DNA of 64,000 nucleotides from Gammaproteobacteria bacterium (GTDB lineage Bacteria; Pseudomonadota; Gammaproteobacteria; Poriferisulfidales; Oxydemutatoraceae): NCBI GenBank assembly GCA_028817225.1, contig JAPPQC010000053.1, positions 8,709 to 72,708 of the forward strand, read 5' to 3'. Shown piece by piece: positions 55,549 to 64,000 of this stretch (position 1 is its first letter; each line of letters starts with the position of its first letter). The notes under the pieces were generated by a model. It saw only the letters and a program-made list of their open reading frames with translations, ran no database searches and was not told where the DNA came from. The position numbers and the translations under genes were made by a program.

Positions 55549-56319
55549 GTGTTTTTCTTTCCGTTGTTCGACGACAACCCGACCCGGCGGCGGCCGCTGG
55601 TGTGCTGGTTTGTCATCGCCGCCTGCGTCGCGGTGTTTTTGTGGCAGTCGGCGCTGCCGCCCGCCGCCGCCTACGCCGCGGTGCTCGCCTACGGCATGAT
55701 TCCGGCGGCATTGTTCGGCGACGCCGCGGCGCAGGCGCTTCCGGCGTGGACGACGCCGCTGTCGTCCATGTTTCTGCACGGCGGCTGGATGCACCTGATT
55801 GGCAACATGGTGTATCTGTGGATCTTCGGCGACAATGTCGAGGACAGCATGGGGCGTTTGCGTTTTGTGCTGTTCTATCTCGCCTGCGGCGTCGCCGCGG
55901 CGATGACCCAGGTCGTCGTGGACCCCGGTTCGCAGATTCCGCTGATTGGCGCGTCGGGCGGCATCGCCGGAGTGCTCGGCGCGTACCTGGTGCTGCACCC
56001 GCGCGCCAATGTGCGCGTGTTCATGTGGTTTTTCATCATCATCCAGATGATCAATGTGCCGGCCTTCATCGTGCTCGGCGCGTGGATTGCGCTGCAATTC
56101 CTGAGCGCGCCGGCGGCGCTCGCGGCGGACGGCGGCGTCGCCTATTTCGCGCACATCGGCGGCTTCGTCGCCGGCATGGTGCTGGTGCCTTTTTTCCGCC
56201 GCCGCGACATTCCGCTGCTGGGCGCGCCGCGCAGCCGCAGCTGGAGCCATCACGCCGGCGTCACCCGCGACGAGATACGCTACGCGGTCGCAAAAAACCG
56301 CGAACGCCGCCCCGACTGA
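55549..56319 (+). CDS. Rhomboid family intramembrane serine protease
   Basis: FLHGGWMHLIGNMVYLWIFG...IGASGGIAGVLGAY...FAHIGGFVAG. GTG start. Confidence 0.9.
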   Translation: MFFFPLFDDNPTRRRPLVCWFVIAACVAVFLWQSALPPAAAYAAVLAYGMIPAALFGDAAAQALPAWTTPLSSMFLHGGWMHLIGNMVYLWIFGDNVEDSMGRLRFVLFYLACGVAAAMTQVVVDPGSQIPLIGASGGIAGVLGAYLVLHPRANVRVFMWFFIIIQMINVPAFIVLGAWIALQFLSAPAALAADGGVAYFAHIGGFVAGMVLVPFFRRRDIPLLGAPRSRSWSHHAGVTRDEIRYAVAKNRERRPD

Positions 56320-56385
56320 CCGGCAAAGGCATCCGCCGGGCGGCGGTCGCCGCGCCGGGTTGCCGGTGCGCGCAAAACGCGGCGC

Positions 56386-56413
56386 TTGAAAAGTCGCCGG
56401 CGATTCGTATAAT
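56386..56413 (+). promoter_or_regulatory. Near-consensus sigma70 promoter of rpsU
   Basis: TTGAAA-N16-TATAAT. A GAGGA SD lies 6 nt before the rpsU ATG. Confidence 0.65.
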
Positions 56414-56437
56414 GAGCCGCCATTTTGAGGACTCTTT

Positions 56438-56650
56438 ATGCCAAGTATTCGAATCAGGGAAAACGAGCCGTTTGACATCGCCTTGAGGCGGTTTCGGCGC
56501 GTCTGCGAGAAGGCCGGCATCATGGCCGAGGTACGCAGGCGCGAGTATTACGAAAAGCCGACGGCGGCCCGTAAACGCAAAGCCGTGGCGGCCGTCAAGC
56601 GCCATCTGCGCCGCCGTTCGATGATCTCCCGCAGAACCCGCCGTTACTGA
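56438..56650 (+). CDS. rpsU: 30S ribosomal protein S21
   Basis: [37 protein letters not shown]. Confidence 0.96.
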   Translation: MPSIRIRENEPFDIALRRFRRVCEKAGIMAEVRRREYYEKPTAARKRKAVAAVKRHLRRRSMISRRTRRY

Positions 56651-57094
56651 ATGAAATCGCGCATCGCGGACGACATGAAAGCCGCGTTGAAATCCGGCGA
56701 CAAGCGCCGGCTCGCGGTGCTGCGCCTGATGCTGTCCGACATCAAGCGCGCCGAGATTGACGCGCGCGCCGAACTCAATGAGGCCGCGATCCTCGCCGTC
56801 CTCAACAAGATGGCGAAGCAGCGCAAGGAATCCATCGGCCAGTTCGCCGACGCCGGGCGCGACGACTTGCGCGAGCAGGAACAGTTTGAACTCGGCGTCA
56901 TCGGCGATTACCTGCCCGAGCCGCTGTCCGGCGACGAACTGGCGCGGCTGGTCGAGCGCGCCGTCGAGCAGACCGGCGCCGCCGACATCAAGGCGATGGG
57001 CAAGGTGATGAGCGCCGTCAAGACCCTCGCCGAAGGCCGCGCCGACATGGCCGAAGTCAGCCGCCTCGTCAAGCAGCGCCTGTCGGCGCCCTGA
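56651..57094 (+). CDS. GatB/YqeY domain-containing protein
   Basis: DMKAALKSGDKRRL.VLRLMLSDIKRAEID...KQRKESI.QF...GR.DL...E..E..VI..YLP. Confidence 0.9.
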   Translation: MKSRIADDMKAALKSGDKRRLAVLRLMLSDIKRAEIDARAELNEAAILAVLNKMAKQRKESIGQFADAGRDDLREQEQFELGVIGDYLPEPLSGDELARLVERAVEQTGAADIKAMGKVMSAVKTLAEGRADMAEVSRLVKQRLSAP

Positions 57095-57199
57095 ACGCCG
57101 CGCCGCGCGCGCCGCGCCGTGTTGCGCCGTGTTGCGCCATGCCGCGCCGTATCGCGCCGTGCCACAATCCGCGCCGGCGCGTTCATTCCTGTATGATGA

Positions 57200-58636
<1,437 letters not shown>

Positions 58637-58644
58637 GCGGCGCG

Positions 58645-59685
58645 ATGGCCGCCGCCAACGACCGCCTGCTCCGCGCGCTGCGCCGCCGCCCGGTGGACGC
58701 GACGCCAGTGTGGCTGATGCGCCAGGCCGGGCGCTACCTGCCCGAGTACCGCCGCGTGCGCGAACAGGCCGGCGACTTCCTGACGCTGTGCAAGACGCCG
58801 GAACTGGCGTGCGAAGTCAGTTTGCAGCCGCTGCGGCGCTACCCGCTCGACGCCGCCATCGTCTTCTCCGACATCCTGACGATTCCCGACGCGATGGGCC
58901 TCGGCCTCGGTTTCCGCGAAAACGAAGGGCCGTTCTTTGCAAGGCCGCTGCGCGACGACGCGCAAATCGCCGCGCTGCGCGCGCCCGACCCCGGCGAGGA
59001 TTTGGGCTATGTGACGGAGACCGTGCGCCTGGTGCGCCGCGAACTCGGCGGGCGCGTGCCGCTGATTGGCTTCTCCGGCAGCCCGTGGACGCTGGCCGCG
59101 TACATGGTCGAGGGGCGTTCGTCGCGCGACTTCACCGCCGTCAAGCGATTGATGTTCGACCGCCCCGAATGCCTTGAAAAACTGCTCGCGGTGCTGGCCG
59201 ATGCGGTGACCGCCTACCTCGTCGCGCAGATGGACGCCGGCGCCGATTGCGTGATGATCTTCGACACCTGGGGCGGCGTGCTGTCGGGCGGCGATTACCT
59301 GCGCTTTTCACTGGAACCGGTGCGGCGCATCGTCGCCGCGCTGAAACAGCGCCGCGACCGCCCGGTGATTCTGTTCACAAAGGGCGGCGGCGCGTGGCTC
59401 GAGGCGATGGCCGACACCAACTGCGACGCGCTCGGCCTGGACTGGACCGCCGCCATCGGCGACGCCCGCCGCCGCGTCGGCGACCGCGTCGCGCTGCAAG
59501 GCAACCTCGACCCGGCGGCGCTGCTGGCATCCGAACAAACCATCCGCGCCGAAACCCGCAAAATCCTGGCCGCCTTCGGCACCGGCCCCGGCCACATCTT
59601 CAACCTCGGCCACGGCGTCCTGCGCCAAACCGACCCCGGCAAAGTCGCCGTGCTGGTGGACGAAGTCCACGCCGCGCGCGCCTAA
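58645..59685 (+). CDS. hemE: Uroporphyrinogen decarboxylase
   Basis: [17 protein letters not shown]...[18 protein letters not shown]...FNLGHG. Confidence 0.95.
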   Translation: MAAANDRLLRALRRRPVDATPVWLMRQAGRYLPEYRRVREQAGDFLTLCKTPELACEVSLQPLRRYPLDAAIVFSDILTIPDAMGLGLGFRENEGPFFARPLRDDAQIAALRAPDPGEDLGYVTETVRLVRRELGGRVPLIGFSGSPWTLAAYMVEGRSSRDFTAVKRLMFDRPECLEKLLAVLADAVTAYLVAQMDAGADCVMIFDTWGGVLSGGDYLRFSLEPVRRIVAALKQRRDRPVILFTKGGGAWLEAMADTNCDALGLDWTAAIGDARRRVGDRVALQGNLDPAALLASEQTIRAETRKILAAFGTGPGHIFNLGHGVLRQTDPGKVAVLVDEVHAARA

Positions 59686-62105
59686 AACAACCCCTTCAAC
59701 TTGCCGGGTGATTCGCCGTTCGGCGACAGTTGCGTGATTTTTTTCGGCAGGTGGCGCAGGCGGAAGGTTTCGCTGACGGCGTTGTCGTCGCCGGGGTGGG
59801 CGAGCAGGCCGTTGGCGGGATCAATGCGCGCCGAGACGATGTTGGGCGGCTTGTAGTAGGCGCGTTCGGGCCGGTCTTCGAGGGCGCCGCGCATGAAATC
59901 AATCCACAGCGGCAGCGCCGCGACGGCGCCGGTCTCGCGCGCGCCGAGCGGGCGGTGGTCGTCAAAGCCGACCCACACGGTGCAGACGATGTCGCGGTTG
60001 AAGCCGGAGAACCAGGCGTCGCGCTGCTCGTTGGTGGTGCCGGTCTTGCCGGCGATGTCGCCGCGCCCGAGCGCGCGCGCCTTGCGCCCGGTGCCGAAGC
60101 GGATGACATCGCGCATCATGCTCGTCATCTGCCACGCGATGTCCGCCGGAATCGCCTGCGGCGCGTATTGCGTGTTCGGCATCTCCACCGGCACCGCCAG
60201 CCCGGCGTCGCTGCCCTCGCTGCGGTTTTCGTGGAGTTCGCAATCCTCGGTGCACAGTTTCAGCGGCTGCGCCTCGGACACGGTCTCGTCGAGCACGCTG
60301 ACTTTGTCCACCAGGTAGGGCGCCGGCAGAAACCCGCCGTTGGCGAAGGCGGCGTAGCCGCGCGCGATTTCCAGCGGCGTGGCGGCGCCGGCGCCGAGCG
60401 CCAGCGTCAGGTTGTGCGGCTGGTTGGCGCGCTCGAAACCGAAGCGGCGGATGTAGTCGAGCGTCTTGTTGATGCCGATGCGGTCCACCAGTTTCACCGA
60501 CACCAGGTTGCGCGAGAACTTCAGCGCCTCGCGCAGCCGCGTCGGCCCGTAGAACTTGCCGCTGTAATTCTGCGGGCGCCAGTCGCGGTTGTTGGGGTCG
60601 GTGAAGACGACGGGCGTGTCCTTGACGACGGTCGCCGGCGTGTAGCCTTCGTTGAGCGCGGCGGAATAGATGAAGGGCTTGAAATTGGATCCGGGCTGGC
60701 GCCGCGCCTGAATCGCGCGGTTGAACTTGCTGTGGTAGAAGTCAAAGCCGCCGGCCAGCGCCAGAATCGCGCCGCTGCCGGCCTCGAGCGCGACCAGCGC
60801 GCCGCTGACGGCGGGGATGTGCGCGAGGCGCGGCGTCTCGCCGGTGCGAACGCGCACGACATCGCCGGCCTGCGCCACCGCCGCCGCGGTTTCGGGGCGC
60901 GCGCCCATGCCGCCGCGCGCGAGCCGGAGCCGCGCCCAGCGCCACGCCGCCTTGTCGAGGCGCACGGCGTCGCCGCCTTTCAGCGCGATGTGCAGCGCCT
61001 CGTCGTCGGCGCCGACGACGATGCCGGGCTCGAGGCCGCCGACGCCCGGCAGCGCCGCGAGTTCGCGTTCAAGCGCCGCCGGCGATTCCAGCACGGCGGC
61101 GTCCACCCGGCCCTCGGCGCCGAGCCAGCCGTGGCGTTCGCCGTAGGCCAGCAGCCCGTCGCGCAAACTGGCCTGGGCGCGGCGCTGCATCGCCGCGTCC
61201 ACCGTCGTGCGCACCTTGAAACCGCCGGTGTAGGCTTCGCGCCCGTGGCGCTCGACCATCTCGCTGCGGATCATCTCGGCGATGTAGGGCGCGTTGAGTT
61301 CAATCTTCAGGCTGTGCGGCGTCGCCGAGACCGTCTCGTTGACCGCCGCGAGATATTCCTCCGGGCTGATCATGTCGAGTTCGCGCATCCGTTTCAGCAC
61401 ATAGTTGCGCCGTTCCAGCGCGCGCTCCGGATTGACCAGCGGGTTGGCGCTTGAGGGCGACTTCGGCAGCCCCGCCAGCATCGCGACCTGCGCCAGCGAC
61501 AACTCCGAAATGCCCTTGCCGTAATACACCTCCGCCGCCGCGGCGACGCCGTAGGCGCGCTTGCCGAGAAAGATTTTGTTCAGGTAGAGGCCGAGTATCT
61601 CCTCCTTGTTGAACAGCCGCTCGATGATCAGCGCGAGAAAAATTTCCTTGATCTTTCTTTCAAAGGTGCGCTGGTTGGTCAGAAAGAAGTTGCGCGCCAG
61701 TTGCATCGTGATGGTGCTGCCGCCCTGCGTCTTCTGCCCGGTGCGTATCAGTTCCAGCGCCGCGCGTATCAGGCCGGCGTAGTCCACGCCGGGGTGCTCG
61801 AAGAAACGGTCGTCCTCGGCGGCGAGGAAGGCGTTGATCATCCGCTGCGGCACCTCGCCGGTGGTGACCGGTATGCGCCGCTTGTCGCCGAACACCGCCA
61901 TCAGTTCGCCGTCGCGCGCATAGACCCGGAGCGGCGTTTGCAGTTGCACATTGCGGATGGTCTCGACCGCCGGCAGGTCGGAGGCGACCATCAGGTAGGC
62001 GCCCGCCGTCGCGATGGTGAGCAGCACGAGCAGCGAGAAAAACAGGCCCGCCGCCACAAAGAGGATTTTGCGATACACTTTCAACCGTGCCAGACTTGCC
62101 ACCAT
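59682..62105 (-). CDS. mrcA: Penicillin-binding protein 1A (bifunctional transglycosylase/transpeptidase)
   Basis: [16 protein letters not shown]...[12 protein letters not shown]...RKIKE (GT51); SNFKPF, KFSRN and AGKTGTT (transpeptidase SxxK, SxN and KTG). Start at the ATG at 62105. Confidence 0.94.
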   Translation of the reverse strand: MVASLARLKVYRKILFVAAGLFFSLLVLLTIATAGAYLMVASDLPAVETIRNVQLQTPLRVYARDGELMAVFGDKRRIPVTTGEVPQRMINAFLAAEDDRFFEHPGVDYAGLIRAALELIRTGQKTQGGSTITMQLARNFFLTNQRTFERKIKEIFLALIIERLFNKEEILGLYLNKIFLGKRAYGVAAAAEVYYGKGISELSLAQVAMLAGLPKSPSSANPLVNPERALERRNYVLKRMRELDMISPEEYLAAVNETVSATPHSLKIELNAPYIAEMIRSEMVERHGREAYTGGFKVRTTVDAAMQRRAQASLRDGLLAYGERHGWLGAEGRVDAAVLESPAALERELAALPGVGGLEPGIVVGADDEALHIALKGGDAVRLDKAAWRWARLRLARGGMGARPETAAAVAQAGDVVRVRTGETPRLAHIPAVSGALVALEAGSGAILALAGGFDFYHSKFNRAIQARRQPGSNFKPFIYSAALNEGYTPATVVKDTPVVFTDPNNRDWRPQNYSGKFYGPTRLREALKFSRNLVSVKLVDRIGINKTLDYIRRFGFERANQPHNLTLALGAGAATPLEIARGYAAFANGGFLPAPYLVDKVSVLDETVSEAQPLKLCTEDCELHENRSEGSDAGLAVPVEMPNTQYAPQAIPADIAWQMTSMMRDVIRFGTGRKARALGRGDIAGKTGTTNEQRDAWFSGFNRDIVCTVWVGFDDHRPLGARETGAVAALPLWIDFMRGALEDRPERAYYKPPNIVSARIDPANGLLAHPGDDNAVSETFRLRHLPKKITQLSPNGESPGKLKGLF

Positions 62106-62140
62106 GGACAAGGCCGCAAGTCGGGGCAAATTGTAACACA

Positions 62141-62662
62141 ATGAGGCAACGCAATATTTTTCTGGTCGGGCCGATGGGCACGGGCAAGACCGCCGTCGGC
62201 GCCGCGCTGGCGGCGCGGCTGGGCCGCCCGTTTCACGACACCGACGCGCTGGTTGTGAGCGCCGCCGGCCTCGACATTCCGGCGCTGTTCCAGACCGAGG
62301 GCGAGGTGCGCTTCCGGCTGCGCGAGGCCGCCATCGTGCGCGAACTCGCCGCCGCCGCCGGCATCGTCGGCGCCACCGGCGGCGGCTGCGTGCTGCTCGA
62401 GGAAAACCGCCGCCTGCTGAAGGACGGCAACCTGGTGGTGTATCTGCGCGCCGGCCTCGACAACCGCGTCGCGCGCATCGGCGACGCCGAAGACCGGCCG
62501 CTGCTGCCCGGCGGCGATTTGCGCGCGGCGCTGAAGTTGCTCGACGACGAACGCGAGCCGCTCTACCTGGAAGTGGCCGACTGCACCGTCAACAACGACG
62601 GCACGGTCGAGGCGGCGGTGGACGCGGTTGTGCGCGCCGCCGGCCTGCAACCGCCGCGATGA
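62141..62662 (+). CDS. aroK: Shikimate kinase
   Basis: NIFLVGPMGTGKTAVG...FRLREA...GATGGG. Confidence 0.93.
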   Translation: MRQRNIFLVGPMGTGKTAVGAALAARLGRPFHDTDALVVSAAGLDIPALFQTEGEVRFRLREAAIVRELAAAAGIVGATGGGCVLLEENRRLLKDGNLVVYLRAGLDNRVARIGDAEDRPLLPGGDLRAALKLLDDEREPLYLEVADCTVNNDGTVEAAVDAVVRAAGLQPPR

Positions 62663-63741
62663 AAACGCTGACGGTGGAACTGGCCGACAGGCGCTACCCG
62701 GTGCACATCGGGCGCGGGCTGCTGGCCGGCGCCGGCGGCTGCCTGCGCGAGTGCCTGCCGGGGCGGCGCGCGGTTGTCGTGACCGACGATGTCGTCGCGC
62801 CGCTGTATCTCGACGCGCTGCTGCGCGCGCTGGCGTCGCCGCCGGCCTTCGACACCGTCGTCATCGAGATCGCGCACGGCGAGGAGCACAAGAATCTGGC
62901 GACATTCGAGCGCATCTGCACGCGCATGCTGGAGTGCGGCATTGGCCGCGACGGCGCCGTCGTCGCGCTCGGCGGCGGCGTCGTCGGCGACCTTGCGGGT
63001 TTCGCCGCGGCGGCCTACCAGCGCGGCGTCGCCTTCGCGCAGGTGCCGACGACCCTGCTGGCGCAGGTGGACTCGGCGGTCGGCGGCAAGACCGGCGTCA
63101 ACCACGCGCTCGGCAAGAACATGATCGGCGCCTTCCACCAGCCGTGCTGCGTCGTCTCCGACCTCGACACGCTCGACACGCTGCCGGCGCGCCATTACAC
63201 CGCCGGCCTCGCCGAAGTCGTCAAATACGGCCTGATACTGGACGCCTCTTTCTTCGACTGGTGCGGGCGCAACCTCGACGCGCTGCTGGCGCGCGACGAA
63301 CAGGCGCTGACATTTGCAATCCACCGTTCCTGCCAGATCAAGGCGGCGGTCGTCGCCGACGACGAACTGGAGCGCAGCGGCCGCCGCGCGCTGCTGAACC
63401 TCGGCCACACCTTCGCCCACGCCATCGAGACCGGCTTGGGTCACGGGCGCTGGCTGCACGGCGAGGCGGTCGGCTGCGGGCTGGTGCTGGCGGCGCGGCT
63501 GTCGGCGCGCCTCGGCCTGATGGACGGCGCCGAGGCGCGGCGCGTTGAGGGCGTCGTCGGGCGCCTCGGACTGCCGGTCGAGAAGCCGGCGGCGCTGGAC
63601 GCCGCGGCGATGCTTCAGCGCATGTCGCTCGACAAGAAAAACCTCGGTGGCCGCACCCGCCTGGTGCTGATGCGCGGCCCCGGCGAAGCCTTCGTCAGCG
63701 ACGACACCGACCCCGCCGAAGTCACGGCGGTGCTGAACTGA
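62659..63741 (+). CDS. aroB: 3-dehydroquinate synthase
   Basis: VVALGGGVVGDLAGFAAA.YQRGV.F.QVPTTLLAQVDS.VGGKTGVNH...GHTFAHAIE...HGEAV. Confidence 0.95.
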   Translation: MKTLTVELADRRYPVHIGRGLLAGAGGCLRECLPGRRAVVVTDDVVAPLYLDALLRALASPPAFDTVVIEIAHGEEHKNLATFERICTRMLECGIGRDGAVVALGGGVVGDLAGFAAAAYQRGVAFAQVPTTLLAQVDSAVGGKTGVNHALGKNMIGAFHQPCCVVSDLDTLDTLPARHYTAGLAEVVKYGLILDASFFDWCGRNLDALLARDEQALTFAIHRSCQIKAAVVADDELERSGRRALLNLGHTFAHAIETGLGHGRWLHGEAVGCGLVLAARLSARLGLMDGAEARRVEGVVGRLGLPVEKPAALDAAAMLQRMSLDKKNLGGRTRLVLMRGPGEAFVSDDTDPAEVTAVLN

Positions 63742-63774
63742 ACATCGCGCGCGGCGACGCGCACGACAACGCGT

Positions 63775-63810
63775 ACAAAAAAAGGCCGCGCCCCGGAGGG
63801 CGCGGCCTTT
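63775..63810. terminator. Bidirectional intrinsic terminator shared by aroB and the convergent NHLP-family gene 4
   Basis: An A-tract of 9 nt, GGCCGCGCCC-CGGA-GGGCGCGGCC, then TTT. Confidence 0.8.
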
Positions 63811-63828
63811 CGGCAATGGCCGGCCGAA

Positions 63829-64000
63829 TCAAGTGCAAATGTTGACGTTTGTCAGGATTCCGGCGCCGCCTTCGCTGCCTGTGTGGCCGGTTTTGACACC
63901 GAGTCCGATGGCGGTTCCGATACCGGCGATGCCGGCGCCGACGGTGCCGCCTACAATGACCGCGCCCGCGATGACCGCGCTGAGGCTGGCCCCGACACCA
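63829..64000 (-). CDS. C-terminal part of a fourth Gly-rich hydrophobic core peptide (NHLP-family copy 4; its 5' end lies outside the window)
   Basis: Minus-strand translation: ...GVGASLSAVIAGAVIVGGTVGAGIAGIGTAIGLGVKTGHTGSEGGAGILTNVNICT*, with the stop at 63829-63831. It has the same composition and N-V-N tail as the other three copies. The leader is not visible. Confidence 0.6.
   Translation of the reverse strand, partial: GVGASLSAVIAGAVIVGGTVGAGIAGIGTAIGLGVKTGHTGSEGGAGILTNVNICT

Overview
This is a high-GC proteobacterial chromosome segment with gamma/beta-like synteny, densely packed with housekeeping genes. These include tatA, hisB-H-A-F plus hisE, pip, lipB-lipA, nth, metG, apbC, dcd, glnB, rnd, purMN, hda, aspS, nudB-yebC-ruvCAB, tolQRAB-cpoB, queEC, rpsI-rplM, glnK-amtB, rph-rdgB-hemW, rpmE, hemH, priA, rpsU, gltD-hemE, mrcA and aroKB, plus two tRNA-Ser genes. 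All functional calls come from reading motifs in the supplied translations; no database search was run. Many of the long ORFs in the track are antisense shadows typical of high-GC DNA and were discarded.

The most unusual content is a family of four dispersed single-gene insertions (16242, 20168, 31630 and a partial copy at the right edge). Each encodes a nitrile-hydratase-like leader (NHLP) ending in Gly-Gly, followed by a very long (79-97 aa) Gly/Ala/Val/Ile core with period-2 alternation and an N-V-N-V-type tail. This resembles proteusin/polytheonamide precursors or glycine-zipper bacteriocins. No maturase or exporter lies in the window, and one copy splits ruvA from ruvB.

Other points:
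- An AT-richer island between tatA and hisE carries a DUF2779-type dual nuclease gene, flanked by about 440-530 bp direct repeats. Each repeat carries translationally coupled tiny membrane-protein genes.
- Short tandem duplications of translation-start and gene-junction regions recur (hisA/hisF, lipB, lipB/lipA, AGCS transporter, tolA/tolB). Some create relay uORFs.
- A CopA multicopper oxidase is fused to a CopB-like outer-membrane C-terminal domain.
- The tol cluster lacks pal, and Pro-rich repeats spill from cpoB into queE.
- DnaA-box pairs or clusters sit near rpmE and priA.
- There is a truncated glutamate-synthase-family gene remnant and several synteny breaks.
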